Shown: positions 1 to 10,528, counted from the first letter of the stretch. The stretch: DNA of 64,000 bases from Candidatus Enteromonas sp. (GCA_050872145.1 JBNMGG010000006.1:2898-66897); one strand, 5' to 3'. Numbers and translations: made by a program. The notes: generated by a model from the sequence alone, not told the origin.

Positions 1-855
1 TTCCATGTAATTTCGGAAAGAAGGCTGCAAATCCTCAAGGAAATTGACCGCTTTGGAAGCGATGATGTGCTCCAGCGGGCCGCCTTGAGTATAGGGGAAC
101 ACCGCAGACTTAATGGGTTTGACCAAATCCTCGCGGTTGGTCATGATGAGCCCTCCCCGCGGTCCGCGGAGGGTTTTGTGAGTCGTCGTGGTAACCAAGT
201 CCGCATAGTCGCAGGGGTTTTGGCAAAGCCCCGCGGCGACGATGCCGGCGATATGGGCCATATCCACCATGAAGAGGCATTTCGCCCCGGTTCTGCGGTT
301 ATGTTCATCGACGAGTTCCCGCATCCCTTTGAAATCGATCGAATAGGGATAGGCGGAATACCCCGCCAAAAGGAGATCCGGATTTTCTTCATCCAATTTC
401 TGGGCGATGATCGAAAGGTCCAGCCGTCCATCGTCCCCCAAAGGATAATGGGAAAAGTGATACGTTTGGGCGGAGAAGGAAACCGGGGACCCATGGGTCA
501 AATGCCCCCCATCGTTCAGGGTTAAGGAAAGAACCTTATCGCCAGGTTTGATTAAGGCGTGATAGGCCGCGAAATTGGCTTGGGATCCCGAATGCGGCTG
601 AACGTTCACATAACGGACGCGGAACAGCTTCTCGGCCCTTTCCTGAGCGATGGTTTCCACCGCATCCACATTCACGCATCCGCCGTAATAGCGGTGCCCG
701 GGGTACCCTTCCGCGTATTTGGCCATGAAGATGGAGGAGGAAGCCTCCCTCACGTCCGCGGAGGGATAGTTTTCGGAGGCAATCAGCTCGATTCCGGCGT
801 TTTGCCTTCTTTGTTCCGCGTCGAAGTAAAATTGGATTTCTGCATCTCGAATCAT
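1..855 (-). CDS. glyA: serine hydroxymethyltransferase (C-terminal part lies beyond the window edge)
   Basis: Not in the ORF track because it runs off the edge. My translation of the minus strand from ATG at complement 853-855 gives MIRDAEIQFYFDAEQRRQNAGIELIASENY...AKYAEGYPGHRYYGGC...TTTTHKTLRGPRGG, which includes the SHMT PLP-lysine region. Confidence 0.9.
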   Translation of the reverse strand, partial: MIRDAEIQFYFDAEQRRQNAGIELIASENYPSADVREASSSIFMAKYAEGYPGHRYYGGCVNVDAVETIAQERAEKLFRVRYVNVQPHSGSQANFAAYHALIKPGDKVLSLTLNDGGHLTHGSPVSFSAQTYHFSHYPLGDDGRLDLSIIAQKLDEENPDLLLAGYSAYPYSIDFKGMRELVDEHNRRTGAKCLFMVDMAHIAGIVAAGLCQNPCDYADLVTTTTHKTLRGPRGGLIMTNREDLVKPIKSAVFPYTQGGPLEHIIASKAVNFLEDLQPSFRNYME

Positions 856-861
856 GTGGCC

Positions 862-867
862 ATTATA
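862..867 (-). promoter_or_regulatory. -10 hexamer TATAAT placed 6 nt before the glyA ATG (candidate leaderless promoter)
   Basis: The minus strand reads TATAAT-ggccac-ATG. There is no Shine-Dalgarno, and the -35 is weak. Confidence 0.35.
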
Positions 868-903
868 AAAGCAAGGAAAGAAAGCGAAAGAAAAACAAAG
901 CGA

Positions 904-925
904 AAAGGCGGGTTGCCCCGCCTTT
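904..925 (-). terminator. Rho-independent terminator after the ABC exporter operon
   Basis: The minus strand reads AAAGGCGGG-GCAA-CCCGCCTTT followed by a T-rich tract (tcgctttgttttt). It lies immediately after the stop codon at 929. Confidence 0.7.
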
Positions 926-928
926 GGC

Positions 929-2899
929 TTATTCGTTGGAGGTGACTTGGCCTCCCGTATAAAGCTGATAGTACTTGCCCTTCTTCTCCAGCAACTGCTC
1001 ATGCGTGCCGCGTTCGATGATCGTTCCTTTCTCCAGAACCATGATGACATCGGAGTTCTGAATCGTGGACAAACGGTGGGCGATGACGAAGACGGTCCGG
1101 CCTTTCATGATGGCGTCCATCCCCTGCTGCACCAACTTCTCCGTGCGGGAGTCGATGGAAGAGGTGGCTTCATCCAAAATCAGCACCGGCGGATTGGCGC
1201 AGGCAGCGCGGGCGATGGAAAGAAGCTGACGCTGGCCTTGGGAGAGCCCCGCTCCGGCCCCGTGGAGAACCGTATCGTATCCCTGAGGGAGCATGCGGAT
1301 GAAGTTATCCGCGTTGGCGAGTTTAGCCGCGTTGATGACTTCTTCATCCGTCGCGTCCGGATTGCCGTAGCGGATGTTGTCCTTGACGGTCCCGGTGAAG
1401 AGGTTGGTTTCCTGCAAAACCATCCCCATGGCCCGGCGGAGGTCTTTCTTTTTGATCTTGTTGATGTTGATGTCGTCGAAGCGGATTTTCCCATCGGCGA
1501 TGTCGTAGAAGCGGTTGAGCAAGTTGGTGATCGTCGTCTTGCCTGCCCCGGTGGGGCCGACGAAGGCGAGTTTCTGCCCCGGCTTTGCGTAAAGGGTGAT
1601 GTTGTGGAGGACCGGCTTATCCGGAACGTAGGAGAAGTCGACGTCGTACATGTCGATTTTCCCTTTCAGCCACGTGTAGGAGACGCTGCCATCCGCGTTG
1701 TGGGGATGCTTCCAGGCCCACTTCCCGGTCCGCTGCTCGCTTTCCACGGGGTTCCCGTTCTCGTCTTCCGTCGCATTGACCAAAGTGACATAGCCTTCAT
1801 CGACTTCGCTGGGCTGATCGAGCAAAGCGAAGATTCTCTCCCCGCCGGCCATGGCCATGTTGATCATGTTGATTTGGTTGGCCAACTGGGCGATCGGCAT
1901 GGTGAATTGCTTCCCAAGGGTCAAGAAGGAAACGATGATGCCGATTTGGAATTCCAGCTCCGGGTTATAGACGTTGCTGAGCGTAATGCCGGAGGCAATG
2001 GCGATGGCGCCAAAGAGGGCCAAAACAACATATTGGAGATTTGCAAGGTTATTGGTGATTGGGCCAAGGATGTTGGAGAATTGGCTCGCTTTGGTGGTAT
2101 AGAGGCAAAGCGCGTCGTTAAGTTCATCAAAACCCTGTTTGGCTTGGGGCTCATGATTGAAGACTTTGATGACCTTCTGGCCGGAAATCATCTCTTCGAT
2201 GTAGCCGTCGGTTTTCCCCAATGCCCTTTGCTGAGCAACGAAGAAATGAGCGGATTGATGGGTGACAAGAAGGACGACGGTCAAAATGATGGCGAAGAAG
2301 GCCAAAACAACGAGGGTCATGATCCAAGAAGAGGCGATCATCGCGACGAAGGCGATGACCATGGTGACCAGGGATTGGACCACCATCGGCAGAACGCGGC
2401 TGGTGAATTCGCGAAGGGTGTCGATGTCGTTGGTGTAGATGGACATGATATCCCCGTGGGTGCGGGTATCGAAATAAGAAAGAGGAAGGGTTTCCATGTG
2501 GGCGAAGACCGAATCGCGGAAATTCTTCTGGAACCCCTGCCCGATGACGGAAACCATGATTTGGTAGAGATAGGCAGAGACGATGCCAACAAGGTAGACC
2601 CCCACCATCACCAAAATGGCTTGTTCAAAGGAAAGAGGGTCGAAAATCACGGCCCAAAGGCCCGTTAAGGCGCTTTCCTTCCCAACAAGGGAGGGGACAT
2701 AATGGCCGATGACGATCTGGCCGACGAACACGTTCCCAACAACGCCGGCTAACGAGGAAAGGATGATGACAAGCCCCGCCAAAGGCAATTGCCACGGGTA
2801 TTGGCGGAACATCATCTTCATCAAGCGGGACAAAATACGGGCTTCCTGCTTGAACGAAAGGCGATTGCCTTTCATGCCCATTTTCTTTTTATTGCTCAT
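929..2899 (-). CDS. ABC exporter half-transporter (TMD-NBD), consensus ATP site
   Basis: 656 aa with an N-terminal six-helix membrane domain. Walker A GPTGAGKTT, signature LSQGQRQ, Walker B LILDEATS. Overlaps the upstream partner gene by 11 nt. Confidence 0.9.
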   Translation of the reverse strand: MSNKKKMGMKGNRLSFKQEARILSRLMKMMFRQYPWQLPLAGLVIILSSLAGVVGNVFVGQIVIGHYVPSLVGKESALTGLWAVIFDPLSFEQAILVMVGVYLVGIVSAYLYQIMVSVIGQGFQKNFRDSVFAHMETLPLSYFDTRTHGDIMSIYTNDIDTLREFTSRVLPMVVQSLVTMVIAFVAMIASSWIMTLVVLAFFAIILTVVLLVTHQSAHFFVAQQRALGKTDGYIEEMISGQKVIKVFNHEPQAKQGFDELNDALCLYTTKASQFSNILGPITNNLANLQYVVLALFGAIAIASGITLSNVYNPELEFQIGIIVSFLTLGKQFTMPIAQLANQINMINMAMAGGERIFALLDQPSEVDEGYVTLVNATEDENGNPVESEQRTGKWAWKHPHNADGSVSYTWLKGKIDMYDVDFSYVPDKPVLHNITLYAKPGQKLAFVGPTGAGKTTITNLLNRFYDIADGKIRFDDININKIKKKDLRRAMGMVLQETNLFTGTVKDNIRYGNPDATDEEVINAAKLANADNFIRMLPQGYDTVLHGAGAGLSQGQRQLLSIARAACANPPVLILDEATSSIDSRTEKLVQQGMDAIMKGRTVFVIAHRLSTIQNSDVIMVLEKGTIIERGTHEQLLEKKGKYYQLYTGGQVTSNE

Positions 2900-4742
2900 C
2901 GAAATCGCCTCCTCCCAACTGGGTTTCGTAGATTTCCCGATACACGGGGGAAGTCTTCATCAATTCATCGTTGTTCCCTTGGGCGATGATCTTGCCATCA
3001 TCGAGCAAAAGGATCGTGTCGCAGTCTTTCAAGGAAAGGATGCGCTGGGCGATGATGAACTTCGTCACCTCCGGAATCTCGGTTTTGAAGCTGTTCCGGA
3101 TGATGGCATCGGTGCGGGTATCGACCGCGGAGGTGGAATCGTCGAGAATCAGGATCTTTGGGTTCTTCAGCAAAGCGCGGGCGATGCAAAGCCTTTGCTT
3201 CTGGCCGCCGGAAACGTTGGTTCCGCCTTCGTCGATGGGGGTGTCATACCCCTTGGGGAAGGTGGAGATGAACTCATCGGCGCAGGCTAGATGGGCGGCT
3301 TTTTGGATTTGCTCGTCGGTCGCGTTTTGGTTCCCCCACAGCAAATTGCTCTTGATGGTTCCGGAGAAGAGGACGTTTTTCTGCAAGACGACGGAAACGG
3401 CGTCGCGGAGGACGGTCAAATCGTAGTCCTTCACGTTCACCCCACCAACCTTGACTTCGCCTTCGCTGGCGTCGTAAAGGCGGGCGATGAGGGAAACCAA
3501 AGTGGATTTGGCGCTGCCGGTCACGCCCAAGATGCCGACCGTGGACCCGCTTTTGATGTGCAGGTTGATGTCGTGGAGGGTGTCTTTCTCCGCCGTGGCG
3601 GAATAACGGAAGCTGACGTGGTCGAAATCCACCGACCCGTCTTTGACTTCCTTGATCGCGTTTTCCGGGGAGACGATATCGGGTTTCTCAATCAAAACCT
3701 CGGTGATTCGCTCCGCGGAGTTCTTCGCGATGATGACCATGACGAAGGACATGGAAACCATCATCAAAGAGTTGAGGATCATCATGATGTAGGAAAGAAG
3801 CGAGGTCAAAGCGCCCGTGGTGAAGCCCGGATCCATATCCCCGGACTTTTGGATGGCCAAGGCCCCGAAATAGGAAATCAGAAGCATGGCCGCATAAACG
3901 GAAAGCTGCATCGCCGGGTTATTGAACGCGAGCAGACGTTCCGCGCGGATGAAGTTCTTATAGATGAAGTAAGAGACTTTGCCGAACTTCTGCGACTCGA
4001 AATCCTCGCGCCCGAAGGACTTCACGACGCGAATGCCGTTGAGGTTCTCTTGGACGGAGGCGTTTAAGTCGTCGTAAGCGTTGAACACGCGGACGAAGAC
4101 GGGGTGGGTGACGATGGAGATAGAGAAAAGCACCGCGGCCAAGAAGGGGATAATAGCCAAGATGATCAGGGACAGCTCCCAAGACTTGAAGCAGGCCATC
4201 ACGAAGGCCACCACCATCATCAAAGGAGCGCGGACGACCATGCGGAGGATCATCTGCACGGAGAACTGAACGTTGGTGACGTCGGTGGTGAGGCGGGTGA
4301 CCAAGGAGGCCGTGGAGAACTTATCGATGTTGGAGAAAGAATAGTCTTGAATGTGATAGTACATCGCCTGGCGGAGGTTCCTGCCGAATCCTGCGGAGGC
4401 CTTGGCGGCTACGAATCCGGCGAGGATTCCGAACAAGCAGCTTGCCACCGCCATGCCCATCATGAGGCCGGACCACATCCAAACCTCGCCCAAATCGATG
4501 GGGTTTCCTTTCAACGCGTCCACCAAATATTCGGAGAAGAAAGGAATCAGGACTTCGCAGACGACTTCAAGAGCCACGAAGACCCAAGCTAGAATCACAT
4601 CGGTCCAAAAGCCTTTGAGATAAGAGAAAAGAGAACGGAAAACGTGAAGCTTCTTGCTGGCCTTAATGGCCTCTTCATCCCGTTGATTCACCGCATTGAG
4701 GACTTGTTGGTCTTCTGCGGTAGCTTCGACTTTTTTGCTCAT
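2889..4742 (-). CDS. ABC exporter half-transporter (TMD-NBD), degenerate ATP site partner
   Basis: 617 aa. Walker A is GVTGSAKST (G to A), signature VSGGQKQ, and Walker B is ILILDDSTS, with Asp in place of the catalytic Glu. This is the pattern of the degenerate subunit in heterodimeric exporters of the LmrCD/BmrCD/TM287-288 type. Confidence 0.88.
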   Translation of the reverse strand: MSKKVEATAEDQQVLNAVNQRDEEAIKASKKLHVFRSLFSYLKGFWTDVILAWVFVALEVVCEVLIPFFSEYLVDALKGNPIDLGEVWMWSGLMMGMAVASCLFGILAGFVAAKASAGFGRNLRQAMYYHIQDYSFSNIDKFSTASLVTRLTTDVTNVQFSVQMILRMVVRAPLMMVVAFVMACFKSWELSLIILAIIPFLAAVLFSISIVTHPVFVRVFNAYDDLNASVQENLNGIRVVKSFGREDFESQKFGKVSYFIYKNFIRAERLLAFNNPAMQLSVYAAMLLISYFGALAIQKSGDMDPGFTTGALTSLLSYIMMILNSLMMVSMSFVMVIIAKNSAERITEVLIEKPDIVSPENAIKEVKDGSVDFDHVSFRYSATAEKDTLHDINLHIKSGSTVGILGVTGSAKSTLVSLIARLYDASEGEVKVGGVNVKDYDLTVLRDAVSVVLQKNVLFSGTIKSNLLWGNQNATDEQIQKAAHLACADEFISTFPKGYDTPIDEGGTNVSGGQKQRLCIARALLKNPKILILDDSTSAVDTRTDAIIRNSFKTEIPEVTKFIIAQRILSLKDCDTILLLDDGKIIAQGNNDELMKTSPVYREIYETQLGGGDFDEQ

Positions 4743-5185
4743 GCTTCCTCCTTTTCTTTTATTGCATTCATCAAGCGCGCATAAATGGCTTCGAACTGCG
4801 CCTGCTCTTCTTCGTTGAGCGCATTTTCCAAAATGGAATCGAACTCATCGATGACGGGGGCGACTTCTTTCTGATGGTCGATCCCTTTTTTGCCGAGGCG
4901 GATGGTCTTCTTCCTGCCGTCTTCTTCGCTTCGAGTGAATTCGATGAATCCCTTTTTCTCCAAAGAAGAGAGGGTTTCGGAAACGGTGGATTTCTTCAGT
5001 TGGAACGCACGGACCAAATCGCTGGAGATGACTCCCTCATCTTGATAATCGTAGATATATCCGAGGAAGCGTCCTTCCACGCGGCTGATTTCTTTGGGCA
5101 TCTTATCGCTGTAGCGTTTCCGGAACAAAACGCGGAGTTCACGGCCAAGGTTTTTGATCTTCGCAACATTCGTATCTTTGTTCAT
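4739..5185 (-). CDS. MarR family transcriptional regulator
   Basis: 148 aa with a winged-helix core (LGYIYDYQDEGVISSDLVRAFQLKKSTVSETLSSLEKKGFIEF). 4-nt overlap with the ABC genes. AGGAGG Shine-Dalgarno upstream. Confidence 0.85.
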   Translation of the reverse strand: MNKDTNVAKIKNLGRELRVLFRKRYSDKMPKEISRVEGRFLGYIYDYQDEGVISSDLVRAFQLKKSTVSETLSSLEKKGFIEFTRSEEDGRKKTIRLGKKGIDHQKEVAPVIDEFDSILENALNEEEQAQFEAIYARLMNAIKEKEEA

Positions 5186-5252
5186 GAAAAGCCTCCTTTG
5201 TTAGGTACCGAACTATTTTCTACAAAGAAGGTTCCCCGTCAAGAAGGAAGAT

Positions 5253-5747
5253 TCAAAAAATCGCTTCTTTGTAAAAAGCGATCAAACGCGGCAAAGAGAA
5301 AGAAGCGTTGGCCGGGGAAGTCGATGGCAGCACCATATGAGGGACGGAGTACTTCTTTTCTTGGTAAAGTTCGTAATAACGCCCGGCGGCCTTTCCGTTG
5401 CAAAGCACTTTTTCAATGGGGGCAGTTGCGAAAATGGGCGATAAATCGCTTGGCTGCGGAGAGCGGATGCTCACATCGCTAGAAGAAGAGATGAGACAGC
5501 TCTCCAAAGAATCGTAAAGAGCAATCTTGTGATGGAGGCAGAAAGCAATCCGCCCCGCTTTGTCCTTAGGGACAGGCTCGCCGAAAACGCCTCCTAGTAC
5601 ATCCCAAAAGCGGTTCCGGGGGTTCGCGTAGTAGAAATCCGCTCGGCGGGAAACGACCGAAGGAAAGGAGCCTAAAATCAAAATACGGGAATTCTCGTCG
5701 AAAACGGGGCCAAAGCCATGGGTTTGATGCGCTTCAACAGCCGCCAC
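5253..5747 (-). CDS. DNA-deoxyinosine (hypoxanthine) glycosylase, UDG superfamily
   Basis: 164 aa. The motif ILILGSFPS...FYYANPRNRFW is typical of the small UDG-family deoxyinosine glycosylases. GTG start overlaps the dusB stop. Confidence 0.6.
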   Translation of the reverse strand: MAAVEAHQTHGFGPVFDENSRILILGSFPSVVSRRADFYYANPRNRFWDVLGGVFGEPVPKDKAGRIAFCLHHKIALYDSLESCLISSSSDVSIRSPQPSDLSPIFATAPIEKVLCNGKAAGRYYELYQEKKYSVPHMVLPSTSPANASFSLPRLIAFYKEAIF

Positions 5748-6708
5748 GGAGAATCACCCCATTCAAAAGACGCTCCACGTCGTCTGCGGTTTTGATGTTC
5801 ATCGCAATCTCATTGCGGAGCTTTTTGTATCCCGGATAACCGGAGAAGAAATGCGGTAAAATCCCCCGCAATTCCTTCACGCCGACCTCTTCCCCTTTCA
5901 AAGAGATGAGTTTTGCGGCGAATTCCTTCGCATATCCCGCTTGGGTCACCGCATCAGGATCGGGTAGAAGGACCCCATTCTCTAAATAAGAATTGATTTG
6001 CTTCACCAAGAAAGGATGCCCCACTCCGCCCCGGGCCACCATGACCGCGTCAGCGTGGGTGATGTCCACCGCTTCCTTCGCCTTTTCGGCCGTGAAGATA
6101 TCCCCGGAGACGATCAAGGGAATCGAAAGTTTTTCCTTCAGCCCGGCGATCGCGCGGTAATCGGCCTGCCCCGAATAGCCCTGGGAACGCGTCCTGCAAT
6201 GCACGGTCAGCGCCTGCACGCCCGCTTTTTCTAGAAGCGCAGCCACCTCGAAAACATTGATGGAACTCTCATCCCATCCAAGGCGGATTTTCGCCGTAAC
6301 CGGCTTTTGGGAGGCCTTCACCACCCCCGACATGTATTCGTATAAGGCCTGAGGATGCTTCAGCCAAGCAGAACCCGCTCCCGTCTTGACGACCTTCGTC
6401 ACGGGGCAACCGAGGTTGATGTCCAAAACGTCGTACCCGCCGTGCTGCTGGCAGATCTCAATCGCGGGAACGGTATGCTCCAAACTGAATCCGAAAAGCT
6501 GAATCCCGACCGGGGAATCCTCCTTTGAAGTCGCCAAATATTCGTAGGTCCTTTTGTTTTTGTAGTCCAAGCCGCAGTCGGAGACCATTTCGGTATAGGA
6601 AAGCCCAACCCCGAACGGCTTCATGAATTCGCGGTACGCCAGGGTGGAGATTCCGGCCATCGGGCCAAGCACGACGCGGCCTTTGATTTCGAGGTTTCCG
6701 ATTTTCAT
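5734..6708 (-). CDS. dusB: tRNA-dihydrouridine synthase
   Basis: 324 aa. Dus TIM-barrel motifs LGPMAGIST, DINLGCP and TVHCRTR. Confidence 0.9.
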   Translation of the reverse strand: MKIGNLEIKGRVVLGPMAGISTLAYREFMKPFGVGLSYTEMVSDCGLDYKNKRTYEYLATSKEDSPVGIQLFGFSLEHTVPAIEICQQHGGYDVLDINLGCPVTKVVKTGAGSAWLKHPQALYEYMSGVVKASQKPVTAKIRLGWDESSINVFEVAALLEKAGVQALTVHCRTRSQGYSGQADYRAIAGLKEKLSIPLIVSGDIFTAEKAKEAVDITHADAVMVARGGVGHPFLVKQINSYLENGVLLPDPDAVTQAGYAKEFAAKLISLKGEEVGVKELRGILPHFFSGYPGYKKLRNEIAMNIKTADDVERLLNGVILRGGC

Positions 6709-6743
6709 ACGCCCTGTTTTACAGGAAAAAGGGATAAGAAGAA

Positions 6744-6767
6744 AGCGCCAAGCTTTCGCCTGGCGCT
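6744..6767 (-). terminator. Rho-independent terminator after ftsH
   Basis: The minus strand reads AGCGCCA-ggcgaaagct-TGGCGCT followed by ttcttcttatcccttttt. Confidence 0.6.
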
Positions 6768-6776
6768 GACATTCGC

Positions 6777-8888
6777 TTATTCGTCTTTCTTCGGCGCGGA
6801 TTCCTCCGCTTTCGGAGCCTCGTCTTTTTCGGCTTCCGGCTTCGGGGTTTCCTCTTTCACCGGGGCGGAAGGCTCATCGTCTTCCTCAACGGCGGGCGTC
6901 TTGCCTAGAAGCGAATCGATTTCTTCCGCGGTGATGGTTTCCTTTTCCAGAAGCGTCTCCGCGATCTTGATGACCTCGTCTTTGTGTTCGATCAGCAAGT
7001 CATGGGCCCGCTTATAGGCGGTCTCGATGATTTCGCGGACGGCTTTGTCGATTTCGTAAGCCACTTGCGTGGAGAAGTTCTTCTGGGTGGAAGCATAATC
7101 GCGGCCGAGGAACACCGACCCGGTATCCCTTTCGTATTGGATGGGGCCGAGTTCGGACATGCCGTATTCGGTGACCATCGAACGGGCCAAGCGAGTCGCT
7201 TCCTGGATATCGTTGCTAGCTCCCGTGGTGACGTCCCCAAAGAAGATTTCTTCGGAAGCGCGTCCCCCAAGGAGGCCGGTGATGCGGGCGATCATTTCGT
7301 TCTTCGTGAGGAGGAAGCGATCGTCTTCCGGAGTCATGAGGACATGGCCTCCGGTATTGCCGCGCGGGATGATGGTGATTTTTTGGACTTTGTCGGAGAA
7401 GGGGAGATTGATGCCGATGACGGCGTGGCCCGCTTCGTGGTAGGCCACTTCTTCCCTTTCGTGCTTGGACATGCCTTTGGAGTTTTTGGCCGGGCCGGCG
7501 ATGCGGCGGTCGATAGCCTCGTCGATGTCGGCCATGCCGACGTCGGGCTTGCCTTCGCGGACGGCGAGGATCGCCGCTTCGTTGAGGACGTTGTCCAAAT
7601 CGGCGCCGGAGAACCCAACGGTCCTCTTGGCGAGGGCGTGGAAGTCGACGGAAGGATCGATTTTCTTGTTCCTGGCGTGGACTTTGAGGATGGCCTCGCG
7701 CCCAGCGGCGTCGGGAAGGGAAACGGTGATCGTGCGGTCGAAGCGGCCCGCGCGGCGGAGAGCCGGGTCGAGGACGTCGTCGCGGTTGGTGGCGGCGATG
7801 ACGAGGATGCCGGAGTTGGCTTCAAACCCGTCCATCTCAACGAGGAGCTGGTTCAAGGTCTGCTCGCGTTCGTCGTTGCCTCCGCCTAAGCCGGCGCCAC
7901 GCTGGCGGCCGACGGCGTCGATTTCATCGATGAAGATGAGGCAAGGCGCGCTTTGCTTCGCTTTTTTGAACAAATCGCGGACGCGGCCCGCGCCGACGCC
8001 GACGTACATTTCGACGAAGTCGGAGCCGGAAATCGAATAGAAGGGAACTCCAGCCTCACCGGCGACGGCTTTGGCCAAGAGGGTTTTCCCGGTGCCCGGA
8101 GGGCCGATCAGGAGGACGCCCTTAGGCAGCCTGGCGCCGAATTGGGAATATTTCTTAGGATCTTTCAAGTAGGCGACAAGCTCGACCATTTCGGCTTTTT
8201 CGGCATCGCATCCCGCGACGTCGTCGAAGCGGACCTTCGTGTTATCCGCCCTCCTTGCGGGGGACTTGTTGAAGGACATGGCCTGGTTGTTGGCTCCGTT
8301 GACGGAGGCGTTGATGCGGGTGAAGAACAAGACGCCGATCAGAAGGATGATCCCGGTGGAGATGAGGGTCGGGCCCCAAGTGTCCCACCAGGAAACCTTA
8401 AAAGCATCGGTGTTGCTGAAAGAGGGGGAAACGTTTTGGTGGTTGTTGGCTTCGGCCCATTGCTTCGCGGACTGGATGGCGGTGGCGAAGACGTCGTGGT
8501 AGGAGGCGTGCTCAACCCCGGCGAGGGTAAAGCCCTCTTCCCATTCGCTTTGGCCGATGACGACGGAGAAGCGGACGAAGTTGTTGTTGGCGTTGATGTA
8601 GGTGCCGTTGACCGTCACGGCGCGGTAGTTCTGAGAGGCGTCGGCGGAGACGATCTTCTTCTTGGCTTTGGAGTAAGCCTCAACATCGTAAGTCGCATAG
8701 GCGTCTCCCGTTTCGTTGAGAACGTATCCAATGTTGGAATCGATGTCCGATTCGGCCCACGTTTCGCCGCTTCCGGTGAACTGGGAGACGATCAGCCAAA
8801 CGAAAACGCCGATTGTGGCGGCCATCAAAACATAAGGCAGGATGTAGGAGAGAACGCTTCTTTTGCGCGGTGCGTTTCCATCATTCAT
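6777..8888 (-). CDS. ftsH: ATP-dependent zinc metalloprotease FtsH
   Basis: 703 aa. Two TM segments flank an extracytoplasmic domain. AAA Walker [14 protein letters not shown] and zinc motif HEAGHA. Confidence 0.97.
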   Translation of the reverse strand: MNDGNAPRKRSVLSYILPYVLMAATIGVFVWLIVSQFTGSGETWAESDIDSNIGYVLNETGDAYATYDVEAYSKAKKKIVSADASQNYRAVTVNGTYINANNNFVRFSVVIGQSEWEEGFTLAGVEHASYHDVFATAIQSAKQWAEANNHQNVSPSFSNTDAFKVSWWDTWGPTLISTGIILLIGVLFFTRINASVNGANNQAMSFNKSPARRADNTKVRFDDVAGCDAEKAEMVELVAYLKDPKKYSQFGARLPKGVLLIGPPGTGKTLLAKAVAGEAGVPFYSISGSDFVEMYVGVGAGRVRDLFKKAKQSAPCLIFIDEIDAVGRQRGAGLGGGNDEREQTLNQLLVEMDGFEANSGILVIAATNRDDVLDPALRRAGRFDRTITVSLPDAAGREAILKVHARNKKIDPSVDFHALAKRTVGFSGADLDNVLNEAAILAVREGKPDVGMADIDEAIDRRIAGPAKNSKGMSKHEREEVAYHEAGHAVIGINLPFSDKVQKITIIPRGNTGGHVLMTPEDDRFLLTKNEMIARITGLLGGRASEEIFFGDVTTGASNDIQEATRLARSMVTEYGMSELGPIQYERDTGSVFLGRDYASTQKNFSTQVAYEIDKAVREIIETAYKRAHDLLIEHKDEVIKIAETLLEKETITAEEIDSLLGKTPAVEEDDEPSAPVKEETPKPEAEKDEAPKAEESAPKKDE

Positions 8889-8999
8889 TTTCGGGTCTTC
8901 CTTTCTCTTCCTTATAAAGCCAGGAAGGCGGCCAAGGGGCCAGGCTTTGGGTAATGTATATCAAATTTCCGTTTATGCAAGGAGAATGAACTCCAAACG

Positions 9000-10259
9000 T
9001 CAACGAATCCCCGTTTTCACCTTCAAAACCGAGGTGTGGTACTCTTGGAAATTCCTCCGATAGCGAGGCACGTAAACGATCTTGCCTTCCTTGTTTAGGA
9101 AAATCGGCCAAATCTCGCGCAGATCGATGGGCATATCCCACAGGGAATAGAGCTTGCGGACGGGCTCCATATAACCATGGATTTTCACCCCATCGGATTG
9201 GACGGCATTGCGAATGGTGAGCGGATAATCCTCCGCTTTCAAGCCGCGGTCTTCAGCACCGGAAGAGAAGTCCAAACTGAATTCCGGGGGCTCCAACGTC
9301 CCGGGGCGATCCAGGACATAGGTGTAGCGAATGACGTTGATATCCTTTTCAAGCGTCAAAACATCGTAATCTTTGACCAAGGAATAGCCATCCTTCAGGG
9401 GGTAGACGCCATTGCTTTGATCGCTTAAGCAGAAAGCGCGGATTTTGTCGAAATCCTCCGGCTTCAGCAAAATGGAGGGCACCTTTTGGACGAAGCGAAC
9501 CAACGCGGAGGCGAAATCGTCTTTCGGCAAGGCGATAAGCGCCCGGATTTCGAGTTCATTGGACTCTTCTTCGTCGTTTTTGAAGGAAGAGACGGACTTG
9601 AGAAGCCCAAGGGTCTCGTTGGCTTCCTCTTTCAGCTGGTTGAGGAGATTCTCACGGTCGATTTCGTTGAGTTTCGAAATCTGGTCTTTGCGGATGGCGG
9701 AGCGGGTCGTTTTGTCGAGGGCGCTTTCCGTCCCGGGGTTGAAGGGGACGTTGTTCTCGATGTCGTATTCCAGCAAATCCTGCTTGGAGAAGTCCAAAAG
9801 CGGGCGGACCAAGAGCATTCCGTCATAGGTGGAGATTTTGCTAAGCCCCAAGCTGACGATCGTTTGTTTCTTCTCTTTGGCCTTCAGATAAGCTTCCAGC
9901 AAATCATCCTGCTCATGGGCGAGGAAGAGGGCGGATGCCTGATACTCGTCATAGAGCTTCTTATACCAAGAGTAGCGGAGTTTCTTCGCCCAATCGTGGA
10001 AGGATTCGCCCAAGTGCATTTGCTCGGCTTGGGAAAGGGTGGAGGAATCCAGCAAGCGGTAAATCAAGCCATTCTTTTGGCAGTATTCGCCCAGTTTTCT
10101 CATGTCCTCGGTGGAAGAGGCGAATTTATGGTAGTCGATCGCGGCCACCACCGGCTTAATACCCTGCTTCTGCAGCATATCGAGCATGGCCATGGAGTCC
10201 GAGCCAAAGCTTACCGAAGCGATGTAGGTGGCCTTGGGGTCAAATTTGAAATCAATCAT
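9000..10259 (-). CDS. tilS: tRNA(Ile)-lysidine synthetase
   Basis: 419 aa. N-terminal PP-loop-like SVSFGSDSMAM. The C-terminal TilS_C-like segment is VRKLYSLWDMPIDLREIWPIFLNKEGKIVYVPRYR. Conserved position between yabO/mfd and ftsH. Confidence 0.75.
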   Translation of the reverse strand: MIDFKFDPKATYIASVSFGSDSMAMLDMLQKQGIKPVVAAIDYHKFASSTEDMRKLGEYCQKNGLIYRLLDSSTLSQAEQMHLGESFHDWAKKLRYSWYKKLYDEYQASALFLAHEQDDLLEAYLKAKEKKQTIVSLGLSKISTYDGMLLVRPLLDFSKQDLLEYDIENNVPFNPGTESALDKTTRSAIRKDQISKLNEIDRENLLNQLKEEANETLGLLKSVSSFKNDEEESNELEIRALIALPKDDFASALVRFVQKVPSILLKPEDFDKIRAFCLSDQSNGVYPLKDGYSLVKDYDVLTLEKDINVIRYTYVLDRPGTLEPPEFSLDFSSGAEDRGLKAEDYPLTIRNAVQSDGVKIHGYMEPVRKLYSLWDMPIDLREIWPIFLNKEGKIVYVPRYRRNFQEYHTSVLKVKTGIR

Positions 10260-10528
10260 AGTTCTTCCTCCTGCGTTAAAGTCTCATCCCGGATAATCTC
10301 GTAAAGTTTCGATGCATCGGCTTTTGAGGCGAAGGGTCGGGTTTCTTTCACCGAAACGGTGATTTGTTTCCTTCCAAGCCTCAAAGTGAGAGTATCGCCG
10401 GGGCTGACCTCCGAAGAGGGCTTCGCGGGCTTGCCGTTGATGGAGACGTCCCCATCGTCGCAGAGCTGCTTTGCCACTTCCCTCCGCAGGATGAGCCTAG
10501 AAACTTTTAGGAATTTGTCGATTCTCAC
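10256..10528 (-). CDS. yabO: S4-domain RNA-binding protein (YabO/RqcP, Hsp15-like)
   Basis: VRIDKFLKVSRLILRREVAKQLCDDGDVSINGKPAKPSSEV closely parallels B. subtilis YabO. I place the start at an internal GTG (codon 37 of the track ORF 10256..10636). That start has an AGGA Shine-Dalgarno and avoids an 80-nt overlap with mfd. The start coordinate is uncertain by a few nt. Confidence 0.75.
   Translation of the reverse strand: MRIDKFLKVSRLILRREVAKQLCDDGDVSINGKPAKPSSEVSPGDTLTLRLGRKQITVSVKETRPFASKADASKLYEIIRDETLTQEEEL

Noticed and set aside
5192-5231. 10-bp inverted repeat (CCTCCTTTGT ... ACAAAGAAGG) that could sequester the marR Shine-Dalgarno in an mRNA hairpin
   Set aside because: The distal arm falls in the spacer of the most plausible promoter (TTGACG at complement 5237-5242), so it is probably not transcribed. 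The 20-nt separation is also atypical for a MarR operator. I leave it unresolved rather than claim it.
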